Positions 8,531 to 17,680 of a DNA stretch of 64,000 nucleotides are shown piece after piece. The notes beneath the pieces are model-generated. The model made no database searches, had not been told where the DNA came from, and worked only from the letters and a program-made list of their open reading frames with translations. This stretch comes from an uncultured Eubacteriales bacterium. Lineage in GTDB: Bacteria > Bacillota > Clostridia > Oscillospirales > Oscillospiraceae. Position 1 is the first letter of the stretch, and every line of letters begins with the position of its first letter. The translations under genes were made by a program, and so were the position numbers. The stretch covers positions 19,817-83,816 of the forward strand of contig CABRZL010000001.1 in NCBI GenBank assembly GCA_902475435.1, read 5' to 3'.

Positions 8531-9838
8531 ATGAAAGAACTGTACGTTGTAAATTGCTGCAGAACTGCAATTGGCAAGTTCCAGGGCAGCCTGTCCAATA
8601 CCTCTGCCGGCGATTTGGGCGGCATCGTCATCAAAGAGGCTCTGAAGAGAGCCGGCGTTGCTCCCGAAACGGTAGACGAGGTTATGTTCGGCTGCGCTAT
8701 TACTGGCGCTCAGGGCCAGAACCCTGCTCGTCAGGCAGCAATCAAAGGCGGCGTGCCCGCTTCCGTTCCCGTTTATAACATCGGTATGGTCTGCGGCTCC
8801 GGCCTCAAGAGCATCATCGAAGCTGCCCGCGCCATCAAGGCCGGCGACGCCGACATTGTGGTCTGCGGCGGCACCGAAAACATGACTATGGCTCCGTATG
8901 CCATGCCTGCGGCCCGCGGCGGTGCCCGTATGTTCGACACCACAATGGTTGATACCATGGTGAAGGACGGCCTGTGGGATGCATTCAACAACTATCACAT
9001 GGGCACTACTGCTGAAAACATCTGCGATCTGTGGGGCATTACCCGTCAGGAGCTGGACGAGTTTGCCGCTTCCTCTCAGCAAAAGTGCGAAGCTGCTCAG
9101 GCTGCCGGCAAATTCGATGACGAGATCGTTCCTGTCATGGTGAAGCAGAAAAAGCAGATGGTCGAGTTTAAAGTGGACGAGTTCCCCCGTCATGGCACCA
9201 CCGTGGAAAGCCTCAGCAAGCTGAAGGGCGCTTTCCCTGTTGGTCCTGAGTCTGCTGCAATCCAGGAGCAGGGCAAGAAAATTGCCGCCGGCGATAAGAA
9301 CGCAGAAGGCCCCATCACCCTGACCTTTGACGCCACCGAAATTAAGGGTCCCGCCGCTGACGCAGGCACGCAGCGTGTCACTGCAGGCAATGCTTCCGGC
9401 ATCAATGACGGTGCTGCTGCACTGGTGCTCGCTTCCGGCGAAGCTGTTAAGAAATACGGTCTGAAGCCCATGGCAAAACTGGTGTCCTATGGACAGGGCG
9501 GCGTTGATCCCAAGATCATGGGAACTGGTCCCGTTCCCGCTTCTCGGAACGCTCTGGCTGCCGCCGGCCTGACCATTGACGACATGGATCTGATCGAGGC
9601 TAACGAAGCCTTCGCCGCACAGTCCATTGCAGTGGCTCGTGAGCTGCACTTTGATATGAGCAAAGTCAACGTCAACGGCGGTGCTTTGGCCCTTGGCCAT
9701 CCTGTTGGCTGCTCCGGCGCACGCATCGTAGTGACTCTGCTGCACGAAATGCTCAAACGTCCCGAGGCTAAAAAGGGTCTGGCTACTCTTTGCATCGGCG
9801 GCGGCATGGGTGTTGCTGCTGTATTTGAGAAGTGCTAA
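8531..9838 (+). CDS. Acetyl-CoA C-acetyltransferase (thiolase II) with internal insertion
   Basis: Starts at MKELYVVNCCRTAIGKF (GGAGG RBS). Thiolase motifs are present: VCGSGLKS, VTAGNASGINDGAAA, NVNGGALALGHPVGCSGAR, CIGGGMG. Confidence 0.93.
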   Translation: MKELYVVNCCRTAIGKFQGSLSNTSAGDLGGIVIKEALKRAGVAPETVDEVMFGCAITGAQGQNPARQAAIKGGVPASVPVYNIGMVCGSGLKSIIEAARAIKAGDADIVVCGGTENMTMAPYAMPAARGGARMFDTTMVDTMVKDGLWDAFNNYHMGTTAENICDLWGITRQELDEFAASSQQKCEAAQAAGKFDDEIVPVMVKQKKQMVEFKVDEFPRHGTTVESLSKLKGAFPVGPESAAIQEQGKKIAAGDKNAEGPITLTFDATEIKGPAADAGTQRVTAGNASGINDGAAALVLASGEAVKKYGLKPMAKLVSYGQGGVDPKIMGTGPVPASRNALAAAGLTIDDMDLIEANEAFAAQSIAVARELHFDMSKVNVNGGALALGHPVGCSGARIVVTLLHEMLKRPEAKKGLATLCIGGGMGVAAVFEKC

Positions 9839-9962
9839 AATGACTTCCTCAGGGAGGCGGGGCATCCCGCCTCCCTTTCCGTTTTTTAACAGTCAGCATA
9901 CTAAAATTATTTTTTACTGTTTCCGGCAGATTTCAAAATGTTGCTAGCAAGAGGTGATTATC

Positions 9963-10658
9963 ATGCCCAAAATTATAACTGCCCGGGAAGCTGCGGCGCT
10001 GATTCCCTCCCACTCCACAGTGATGTTCAGCGGTTTTATCGGGTGCGGCGCAGCCCATCAGATCATCCGGGCCATAGACGAAACTGATGTGGAGGACATC
10101 ATCGGCGTCTTCGACGACGGCTCTCTTCTCCGGGGGCCAGACGGTTCCGAATATTATGCCTGGGCTCGGCTGATCCACTCAGGTAAGATCAGAAAATACA
10201 TCGGTTCCCACGTAGGTTCCAATCCTGAGGCCAGCGATAAGTGGGCGCGGGGTGACCTGGAGCTGGAATTGGTACCACAGGGTTCCCTGGCCGAGATGAT
10301 TCGGGCCGGCGGCATGGGTATCCCCGGAATCCTCACGCCTGCGGGCATTGGCACGATGGTGGAAGAGAGTCCATGGGTAGACCGAAAGCTCACAATAGAC
10401 GGAAAAGAATACCTCCTAATGAAACCGATCCGGGCGGACTTTGCTGTCATTTCCGGTTACTACGTGGACACCAAGGGAAACATCTGGTACAAAGGCACCA
10501 CCCGGAATTTCGCGCCTCTGATGGCAATGGCCGCAGATACTGTCATTGTAGAAGCAGAACATCTGGTGCAGCCTGGAGAGATTGCCCCGGAAAATGTGGT
10601 AACACCGGGTATTCTGGTGGATTACATTGTTGTAAAGGAGGAGCCATCCCATGGATAA
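9963..10658 (+). CDS. Class I CoA-transferase, subunit A (second copy)
   Basis: MPKIITAREAAALIP..., VPQGSLAEMIRAGGMGIPG. AGGTGA RBS. An alternative ATG lies at 9954. Confidence 0.88.
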   Translation: MPKIITAREAAALIPSHSTVMFSGFIGCGAAHQIIRAIDETDVEDIIGVFDDGSLLRGPDGSEYYAWARLIHSGKIRKYIGSHVGSNPEASDKWARGDLELELVPQGSLAEMIRAGGMGIPGILTPAGIGTMVEESPWVDRKLTIDGKEYLLMKPIRADFAVISGYYVDTKGNIWYKGTTRNFAPLMAMAADTVIVEAEHLVQPGEIAPENVVTPGILVDYIVVKEEPSHG

Positions 10659-11331
10659 GGAAAGAGCCAAAGACATCATTGCCTACCGCTGCGCCCAGGA
10701 GCTGAAGGACGGCTATGTCGTCAATCTAGGCATTGGCATCCCCACACGCTGCGCCCGTTTTTTTCCCAAGGATGTTGACATCACGCTTCATGCTGAACTG
10801 GGACTGGTGGGGCAAGGCCCGGCTCCTTCTCCTGAAACAGCTGATCCTCTGCATATCGTGGACGCCTCCGGCAGTCCTGCCTCCATTATTCCAGGGGGCG
10901 TAATCGTAGATTCTGCTACCAACTTCGGCCTGATTCGCGGCGGTCATGTGGACGCCTGTGTATTAGGCGCTTTAGAAGCAGACGCAGAAGGTAACTTTGG
11001 CAATTGGTTGATCCCCGGCAAAAAGATTACCGGTATGGGCGGCGCCATGGATCTGGTGAACGGTGCAAAAACAGTGATCCTAGCCATGATCCACACCCAG
11101 GGTGGCAAGCCCAAAATTGTGAAACGCTGTACCCTCCCCTTGACTGGTTACCATGTCGTAGATATGATTGTCACGGAAATGGCCGTCCTGTTGGTGACCC
11201 CCGAAGGACTGATGCTGACAGAATACAATCCTGAACTGGGCGACCGGGATACGGCAGTGACGGATATTCAGGCTGCCACCGAGGCGCCTCTGATCCTCTC
11301 TCCCGATTTGAAGCCTATGCCCCTGCCCTGA
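10651..11331 (+). CDS. Class I CoA-transferase, subunit B (second copy)
   Basis: 226-aa ORF overlapping subunit A by 8 nt. Contains NLGIGIPT. The catalytic-Glu region reads HAELGLVG. Confidence 0.88.
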   Translation: MDKERAKDIIAYRCAQELKDGYVVNLGIGIPTRCARFFPKDVDITLHAELGLVGQGPAPSPETADPLHIVDASGSPASIIPGGVIVDSATNFGLIRGGHVDACVLGALEADAEGNFGNWLIPGKKITGMGGAMDLVNGAKTVILAMIHTQGGKPKIVKRCTLPLTGYHVVDMIVTEMAVLLVTPEGLMLTEYNPELGDRDTAVTDIQAATEAPLILSPDLKPMPLP

Positions 11332-11400
11332 GCAAAATTAAACTTTTTGCATCAGTTTCTGAAAAACAGTTGTAATACGAACGGAGCATAGAGTATAATA

Positions 11401-11433
11401 AGTGCGCTGCTTTTACAGCGCACTTATTTTCTG
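11401..11433 (+). terminator. Terminator after thl-ctfAB
   Basis: AAGTGCGCTG-ctttta-CAGCGCACTT followed by ATTTTCT. Confidence 0.65.
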
Positions 11434-11613
11434 CAAAAAGAAAGCCTCAGTCACATGCGATGTAGCCAGGACATTCCTGACGTGCATGGCCTATACGTGA
11501 AAATGAATTCTGAATACAGATTCCTTCACAATAAATTGGCTGGTTATTTCCTTTTCCGGCGTTCCTGTGAAAAAAGGAATCTTTATCGTCAGCTTGGCAA
11601 AGGAGTTTTTTCT

Positions 11614-12990
11614 ATGACCCAAACAAAGACTCCGCTGGATTTAACCACCTGTAATATCACCAGCGGTCTGATTCGCTTTTCTCTGCCCTTTCTGGCCTCC
11701 AGCATTCTGCAAACCCTTTATAGCACAGTGGATACCATCATTGTAGGACAGTTTGTAGGATCGGCGGGGCTGGCAGCGGTAAATAACGTATCATATATAT
11801 GCAATGCCGCCAGCAACATTGGGCTGGGGGCCAGTGCCGGTTCTGCTGTGTTGATTGCCCAGTACTGTGGTGCTAAAAACGAAGCCGGAATTCATCGCAC
11901 TGTGGGTACCGCCCTGACCATCAGCGGAATTATGGCCATCATTATCTCTATCATCGTGTGCTGTTTTATCAATCCAATTCTCGACCTGGTAAACATCCCT
12001 GTTGAAGCACGCCAGGAGGCTTATCACTACTTAATGATTCGGGCATCCTGTTTCCTGATTTCTTTCCTTTACAGTTGCATTACATCCTTTTTGCGGGGAA
12101 TGGGAGATTCAAAACGTCCCCTGTACTTCTCTGCAGTTGCCTCGGTTGCTAATGTGTTTTTGGATCTATTCTTTGTTGCAGTGATTCCCTGGGGCGCCGG
12201 CGGAGCCGCTTTGGCCACGGAAATCTCCGAAGCTTTTGCACTAATCTGGGCCTTTTTGTATCTTCGAAAACACCAGCCCGGTATGCTGACGTTAAAGCCT
12301 CAACAGTATAAAATCCACAAGCCCACCGCCAAACTGGTACTTAAAATAGGCATCCCATCCTCTTTTCAGTACTTATTTATTGACCTCTCCTTTGTGTTCG
12401 TCAATTCCATCATCAACAGTTACGGCGTGATTGCCGCCTCAGCCGTAGCCGTCGGCAGCAAGGTGGTCAATCTCAGCCAGACGGGAATCTCCGCTTTGTC
12501 AACCGGCGTAGGTACCATGGCAGGGCAAAATATTGGCGCCGGAAAGCCGGATCGTGCCGGCAATGTGATCCGCGTAGGTATCCGCTGCGCGCTGGTGGTG
12601 GCCGTAGTCATGTTCTGCATTATCCAGGCGTTCCCTGGTCCTTTGGTACGTCTCTTCAATCGGGACCCAACCGCATTAGAAGAATCAATTCGCTGCCTCC
12701 GTTATCTCTCCCTGATGGCATTCCCTTCCGCCTTTTTCTTCATCTATGTTGCAATCTCCACCGCTGTCGGATTTACCACTTTTTCTATGTTCTGCCATAT
12801 TCTTGACGGTGTCGTAGTTCGCGTGGCACTGAGTTTACTGTTGACACAAGTATTTGGTCTGGGCCTTGTCGGCGTATACCTTGGAATGGGCTTGGCGCCT
12901 ACTTTGTCCGCTGTCATTGCCGGTATTTATTTCTATAGCGGAAAATGGAAAAATCGCAAGCTTTTAGAGTCGAAAGAGTTGTTGTCTTAA
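11614..12990 (+). CDS. MATE family efflux transporter
   Basis: The start is trimmed to MTQTKTPLDL (AAAGGAG RBS). 12-TM profile with MATE motifs (LPFLASSILQTLYSTVDTIIVGQFVG, MGDSKRP). Confidence 0.88.
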   Translation: MTQTKTPLDLTTCNITSGLIRFSLPFLASSILQTLYSTVDTIIVGQFVGSAGLAAVNNVSYICNAASNIGLGASAGSAVLIAQYCGAKNEAGIHRTVGTALTISGIMAIIISIIVCCFINPILDLVNIPVEARQEAYHYLMIRASCFLISFLYSCITSFLRGMGDSKRPLYFSAVASVANVFLDLFFVAVIPWGAGGAALATEISEAFALIWAFLYLRKHQPGMLTLKPQQYKIHKPTAKLVLKIGIPSSFQYLFIDLSFVFVNSIINSYGVIAASAVAVGSKVVNLSQTGISALSTGVGTMAGQNIGAGKPDRAGNVIRVGIRCALVVAVVMFCIIQAFPGPLVRLFNRDPTALEESIRCLRYLSLMAFPSAFFFIYVAISTAVGFTTFSMFCHILDGVVVRVALSLLLTQVFGLGLVGVYLGMGLAPTLSAVIAGIYFYSGKWKNRKLLESKELLS

Positions 12991-13072
12991 CATATTTATA
13001 TATACATTAAGATTATATTGAAACACCATTTCATATATAGAGATCTTGTTTCTGCTTACTATATTGTAACAC

Positions 13073-13108
13073 AAAAATTGTTTCTTCATATATGAGGAAA
13101 CAATTTTT
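13073..13108 (+). terminator. Hairpin/terminator downstream of MATE gene
   Basis: 18-nt arms AAAAATTGTTTCTTCATA / TATGAGGAAACAATTTTT with one G:U pair. Confidence 0.45.
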
Positions 13109-13127
13109 GCATTTCGTAAAATTTTTA

Positions 13128-13155
13128 TTGACAAATCCGCTCTTCATGGTATAAT
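13128..13155 (+). promoter_or_regulatory. Consensus promoter of tRNA-Thr
   Basis: TTGACA-16 nt-TATAAT with an extended TGg. The -10 ends about 15 nt before the tRNA 5' end. Confidence 0.75.
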
Positions 13156-13170
13156 AATCAAGCTGTTTGT

Positions 13171-13246
<76 letters not shown>

Positions 13247-13297
13247 AAAGGTTCCCGGTTTTAACGAAAGAGGTTAAAACCGGGAACCTTTTTTGTT
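13247..13297 (+). terminator. Terminator after tRNA-Thr
   Basis: AAGGTTCCCGGTTTTAAC-gaaagag-GTTAAAACCGGGAACCTT followed by TTTTG. Confidence 0.8.
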
Positions 13298-13329
13298 TGG
13301 AAGTTTAAACTTTTCTACAAAGTGACAAA

Positions 13330-14253
13330 CTATAACAATCCAACATCCAATATATTATTTATAAATGTAGTAAACTCATTCATAGCATTGTTTGCTTCCG
13401 GATAATGCTGATAGTCCATCGCAAACGTATGCGGCATTCCTTTGCCAATATGCAGGAGGACTTCATTGTCAGCCTTTGCTGCGGCTGTAACAAGCCGAAC
13501 TGTACCGGCAACAAGACTTTCTGCACCGCCCGCCTGAATAAACATAGGTGGAAAGCCAGAAAAATCTCCATAAATTGGGGAAATCCGCGGATCCTTCAAA
13601 TCCCCATCGGGCGCATAGGCTTTCCGCACGCCTTCGCTGCATTCCGTGAACATATCCGTTTTATAGGTTTCCCGTTCCCCATAGCTGATATCGTCCACCG
13701 GCGACGAACACCAGATCGCAGCGGGAAGCGGTAGATTCTCCATTTTCAGAGCATGAACCAAACCAAGGGTCAAACTGGCACCAGCCGATTCACCTCCTAC
13801 AACAATGCGGTCGTATCCCATATTCAATAGCCCTTGATAAAATTCTAAACAATCCGTAATTGCCGCCGGAAAGGGATGATACGGGGCTAACCGATATTCA
13901 ACAGCATATCCCTCCAGTCCGGTCTTCTCCAGGAAATAAGCCAAAAATTCGCCGCTTGTCATGGCACTGCCAATCGTAAACCCTCCGCCATGAATATACA
14001 GATGTGCACAGCCCGCTCGAACATCCCCGCGCGTAACATGCAGTCCGGGCACACCGTTCACTTCTGTCTTCCCTCCAAAAAAGTCAGAGGGAATGACGGG
14101 TTCCGGCGACGTGTAATCCGGCGGCAATATTGGAACACCCAGGGAAGCAAATTCCGGCGGGATATTTTCCTGTATCGGACCACCCGGAAGATCTCCTATA
14201 GGTGGCATTGTGGGAATCTGGCTCTGAAAATCAAGAAATTCTTTACTGGGCAT
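13330..14253 (-). CDS. Alpha/beta hydrolase (HSL-type esterase/lipase, Abhydrolase_3)
   Basis: 307-aa ORF with the oxyanion motif HGGGF and the nucleophile elbow GESAG. Confidence 0.85.
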   Translation of the reverse strand: MPSKEFLDFQSQIPTMPPIGDLPGGPIQENIPPEFASLGVPILPPDYTSPEPVIPSDFFGGKTEVNGVPGLHVTRGDVRAGCAHLYIHGGGFTIGSAMTSGEFLAYFLEKTGLEGYAVEYRLAPYHPFPAAITDCLEFYQGLLNMGYDRIVVGGESAGASLTLGLVHALKMENLPLPAAIWCSSPVDDISYGERETYKTDMFTECSEGVRKAYAPDGDLKDPRISPIYGDFSGFPPMFIQAGGAESLVAGTVRLVTAAAKADNEVLLHIGKGMPHTFAMDYQHYPEANNAMNEFTTFINNILDVGLL

Positions 14254-14362
14254 AGGTTATTCGCTCCTTTTCTGATTTTTGGCGTTTTAATCTTTTGCTC
14301 GTTTGCACAACCGGTTTCATCGTCGATACTATTTATACACATAAATTATACTTCTTCTAATT

Positions 14363-14389
14363 TTAGCACTCTTTGTGGATGAGTGCTAA
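14363..14389. promoter_or_regulatory. CIRCE operator (HrcA binding site)
   Basis: TTAGCACTC-tttgtggat-GAGTGCTAA, a perfect match to the CIRCE consensus TTAGCACTC-N9-GAGTGCTAA. It lies 145 nt upstream of hsp20. Confidence 0.85.
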
Positions 14390-14533
14390 AATTAACAAAC
14401 GGTTCATAGATTCATAAAAAATTGTTTAAAACATAGGGGTAAGATATAGACAAATAGAAAAAGGAATATGAAACCTAAGAAGTTAGGTAATTGGATGATC
14501 ATATTCCATATTTAATTTTAGGAGGAAAAAGTT

Positions 14534-14956
14534 ATGTTTGAAATGATGCCTTTTGCAAGATCTATGATGGACCCGTTTTATGATATTGACAAGATGACCC
14601 GGAACTTCTTTGGAGATTCTCCAATCCGTGCCTTCAGCACTGATATTCAAGACAATGGTAATAGCTATACCCTGGAAGCTGAACTGCCCGGTTTCAACAA
14701 AGAGGACATCGCCATTGATATTGACGGAGATCAGCTCACCATTCAGGCCCAGCACAAAGCTGAGAATGACCAGAAGGATGATCGCGGTAATTACTTGCGT
14801 CGCGAGCGCTATTATGGCTCCTACAGCCGCAGCTTTGATATTTCACAAATTGCAGCGGATCAAATCTCTGCAAGCTATGAAAACGGCGTACTGAAGCTAA
14901 CGCTTCCAAAGAAGGCGGCAGAAATTCCCACCGCACGTCGTCTGGAAATTCGGTAA
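14534..14956 (+). CDS. Hsp20/alpha-crystallin family small heat-shock protein
   Basis: 140-aa ORF with an alpha-crystallin domain (YTLEAELPGFNKEDIAIDIDGDQLTI..., ASYENGVLKLTLPK). AGGAGG RBS. Confidence 0.92.
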   Translation: MFEMMPFARSMMDPFYDIDKMTRNFFGDSPIRAFSTDIQDNGNSYTLEAELPGFNKEDIAIDIDGDQLTIQAQHKAENDQKDDRGNYLRRERYYGSYSRSFDISQIAADQISASYENGVLKLTLPKKAAEIPTARRLEIR

Positions 14957-14962
14957 TCTCGT

Positions 14963-15002
14963 ATCCTTCCACAGAGTTTCTCTCTGTGGAAGGATTTTTT
15001 TG
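14963..15002 (+). terminator. Terminator after hsp20
   Basis: ATCCTTCCACAGA-loop-TCTGTGGAAGGAT followed by TTTTTTT. Confidence 0.8.
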
Positions 15003-15004
15003 AG

Positions 15005-15040
15005 AAGAAAGGAGACGTTGAAAGCCAACGTCTCCTTTTA
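15005..15040 (-). terminator. Terminator after OYE-like gene
   Basis: AAAGGAGACGTTG-aaagc-CAACGTCTCCTTT, with a T-rich tail on the minus strand. Confidence 0.7.
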
Positions 15041-15048
15041 AAAGCAAC

Positions 15049-17094
15049 TTAGATATTGCTGGCTACCATAAAGGCAGAGAAATTCGCATAGCGCATATTA
15101 CCTTTGAGGAACTCATCCGGCTTATTTAAAAGCTGCTGACTCTGCATGCCATGAGCTCTTGTAATCTGAGCGTCTCCCACCACATAAAATTCAGGTGCAG
15201 TTCCAAAGAAGGTTTCTGCTTCCTGAACACAGGGCCTTACGCCACCGTTTACCACTACGGAATCGAATGGGATTTCCATCGTTTTTCCATCCTTCTCGTA
15301 TACGGCCCGGCCATCTGTGACGGAGAGGATCTGTGCATGATCAATTTCATGAATCCCCTGGTACTTCTCTTTGAGATAGCGAAGCGTCTGAGGCGCATCA
15401 TGGCCACCAATGTTGTTTCCCATGACGCTTCGAGTAATCACGGTAACCTCATGCCCGGAATCATAGAGATACATAGCGCACTCCATTGCAGACATGGCGC
15501 CGCCTACTACTACCACACGATGGCCCAACTCGGCCTCGTGGCCAAATACTTCGATTGGATGCTTTGCCTCTGCTCCGCCGGGAATATCCAGCCGAACCGG
15601 CACAGCGCCAGTGGCAGCAATCACTGCATTAAAATTGCCCGCTTCAATCATTTCCGGTGTGGCTTCGGTATTGAGCATAAATGTCACACCAAGCTTTTTA
15701 CATTGCTGAATTTCCCATTCCTTGAATCGCTGAATGCCCCATTTCCCATAGACGTAATCTGCATGATTGGCCTGACCGCCCAGAATGCCGCTCTTTTCAA
15801 ATAAGGTCACATGGTGTCCCCGCTGAGCGCAGACCATAGCTGCACGCATTCCCGCCGGTCCTCCTCCAATTATTGCCACTGTCTTTCCACCTTTAGAAGG
15901 CTTAAACATATCGTCATAAACATTTTCCAGCCCAAAAATGGGATTGACTGCACAGATGGCACTATGGCAACAGTCACAACGAAGGCAAGGCGTAATATCC
16001 TCCGGTCTTTCCTCCAGGATTTTCTCTAAGTAGTCCGGATCACAGTTAAACGTCCGGGCCATAAACACCATGTCACATTGCCCATCCTCAATTGCCTTCT
16101 CAATGACATCCGGGTCCTGGAATCCGCATGCTGCGCCCACAACGGCTGTAATGCCTGCATCCTTCAGTTTCTTTGTATACTCCAACGCAGGCGGCGCATC
16201 TTCTGGGAAAATATAAGTACTGGGGTGCTCCCCACAGCTTCTGGGAGGCCGGACATGGTAAATATCCACATATTCGTCCCAAAGCTTCATCATTTCAATC
16301 CACTCCGGATCAAAATCAGCTTGCACCTGCATAGAAATCAGGAAATGCGGTCCGCAGAGTTCCCGAATTTTCTGAAGCATCTCTGAGGTAGCACGGCAAC
16401 GATTCTCCAGGCTTCCGCCATATTGGTCTATGCGGGTATTGTTTTTCCCAACGTCACCGATGGCAGTGACCTCTACCACATCAAATCCCAATCCTCGATA
16501 TTCCAGCGCATCATTGGCAATATCCTCAACCCACTCCTGAATCTCTTCCACGGTAGCCATATGTTTGGGACCTCCACCGCCGGGCGCCCCCATACCGCCC
16601 ATACCGCGGGATGACATGCCCGGACGACCCTCTGTACCGATTTTGTGCTTTTTGGGCCCGCTGTCGCCCATACCTGGAGGTCCACCCGGCCCACCAGGGC
16701 CAAAGGGGCCAAATCCCATACCCGGTTTTGGTTCTGAAAAGCTCAGACCGTCAGGTATACGCCGGTGAGACTGCATCATGCACAAGCTTCCATGGGCATG
16801 GACCCGGTCAATCATACGGATCACATAGTTGTGGACAAACGCATTATTCATGGGAAACAGCGCTGCATCGCCCCATAGATTTCGGTCCATTTCCGTCAGC
16901 GTTGCCGACGGCATCGTGATGACAGAAGCGCCGTTTTTCGCCGCATCTTCAACAAAGCGTATGGTTCCCTCCGCCGGATAATTTTCCGGTCCCTGCTGTT
17001 CCTGAGAATTACACTTAGACATTCCAAGCCGGGTACGAATAACAACATTCCTGATCCGGATGGGTGTCAGCAGCTTTTTATACCTGTGGTTCAT
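15049..17094 (-). CDS. Old-yellow-enzyme / 2,4-dienoyl-CoA reductase-like FMN + FeS + FAD/NAD(P) oxidoreductase, atypical
   Basis: The start is trimmed to MNHRYKKLLTPIRIRN (AAGGAGG RBS). Contains a TIM-barrel OYE segment (QYGGSLENR), a Cys cluster CLRCDCCHSAIC, and a Rossmann motif IIGGGPAGM. It also carries a Gly/Pro/Met-rich insertion. Confidence 0.85.
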   Translation of the reverse strand: MNHRYKKLLTPIRIRNVVIRTRLGMSKCNSQEQQGPENYPAEGTIRFVEDAAKNGASVITMPSATLTEMDRNLWGDAALFPMNNAFVHNYVIRMIDRVHAHGSLCMMQSHRRIPDGLSFSEPKPGMGFGPFGPGGPGGPPGMGDSGPKKHKIGTEGRPGMSSRGMGGMGAPGGGGPKHMATVEEIQEWVEDIANDALEYRGLGFDVVEVTAIGDVGKNNTRIDQYGGSLENRCRATSEMLQKIRELCGPHFLISMQVQADFDPEWIEMMKLWDEYVDIYHVRPPRSCGEHPSTYIFPEDAPPALEYTKKLKDAGITAVVGAACGFQDPDVIEKAIEDGQCDMVFMARTFNCDPDYLEKILEERPEDITPCLRCDCCHSAICAVNPIFGLENVYDDMFKPSKGGKTVAIIGGGPAGMRAAMVCAQRGHHVTLFEKSGILGGQANHADYVYGKWGIQRFKEWEIQQCKKLGVTFMLNTEATPEMIEAGNFNAVIAATGAVPVRLDIPGGAEAKHPIEVFGHEAELGHRVVVVGGAMSAMECAMYLYDSGHEVTVITRSVMGNNIGGHDAPQTLRYLKEKYQGIHEIDHAQILSVTDGRAVYEKDGKTMEIPFDSVVVNGGVRPCVQEAETFFGTAPEFYVVGDAQITRAHGMQSQQLLNKPDEFLKGNMRYANFSAFMVASNI

Positions 17095-17243
17095 AAATAG
17101 CCTCCTTATCTCCTGAGATCTGTACAAAGCTATTTTATCAAGAATTCGCAACATTTACAACCGCAGGATGACGCGCCGCTGTTCAGTTTATCCCTTATAG
17201 GAGTATTTTTATGTAGTTTTGTCAGCTCTTCCTGTTGAAAATG

Positions 17244-17280
17244 AAAAAGGAAGGGACGTTGCAATGTCCCTTCCTTTTTT
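17244..17280 (-). terminator. Terminator after rplT
   Basis: AAGGAAGGGAC-gttgcaat-GTCCCTTCCTT flanked by A- and T-runs. Confidence 0.8.
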
Positions 17281-17288
17281 ACCTAAAA

Positions 17289-17642
17289 TTAAAGTGCCTT
17301 TTTCGCAGTTTCCACCAGGGAAGCAAATGCAACTGCATCATTGACTGCCAGCTCAGAGAGCATTTTGCGGTTCATGTCAATGCCAGCCTTTTTGAGACCG
17401 TTCATAAACCGGGAATAATTGATGCCGTATGGCTTTACAGCTGCAGAAATTCTGGTAATCCAGAGCTTCCGGAAGTCGCGCTTTTTTGCCCGGCGATCGC
17501 GGAATGCATAGTTACCGGACTTCATAACGGCCTCTTTGGCCATCTTAAAATGCTTGGATTTGCTGCCCCAGTAGCCCTTCGCGAGCTTCAGGGTCTTATT
17601 GCGTCTCTTGCGCGTCATCATTGCGCCTTTTACTCTAGCCAT
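17289..17642 (-). CDS. rplT: 50S ribosomal protein L20
   Basis: 117-aa [32 protein letters not shown]... Confidence 0.97.
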   Translation of the reverse strand: MARVKGAMMTRKRRNKTLKLAKGYWGSKSKHFKMAKEAVMKSGNYAFRDRRAKKRDFRKLWITRISAAVKPYGINYSRFMNGLKKAGIDMNRKMLSELAVNDAVAFASLVETAKKAL

Positions 17643-17680
17643 TTATGTTATCCTCCTTGAAGTATCGACCGAATTATTTC

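Noticed and set aside
8342-9865. 507-aa ORF on the minus strand, longer than the thiolase ORF it overlaps.
   Set aside because: It is exactly antisense to a gene with unmistakable thiolase motifs. Its own translation is low-complexity (Ala/Gly/His-rich) with no RBS or family signal. This is a typical shadow ORF of a GC-rich coding region.
11434-11613. 180-nt leader upstream of the MATE transporter, considered as a possible riboswitch (for example guanidine/ykkC class).
   Set aside because: I could not find any of the conserved ykkC-type sequence blocks, nor a terminator/antiterminator pair. There is only a weak hairpin (TTCCTTTT...AAAAGGAA). The evidence is insufficient.
16565-16768. Pro-rich 67-aa plus-strand ORF (MGPPPPGAPIPPIP...).
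   Set aside because: It is the reverse-complement reading of the Gly/Pro-rich insertion of the OYE-like gene. It is a compositional artefact, not a gene.
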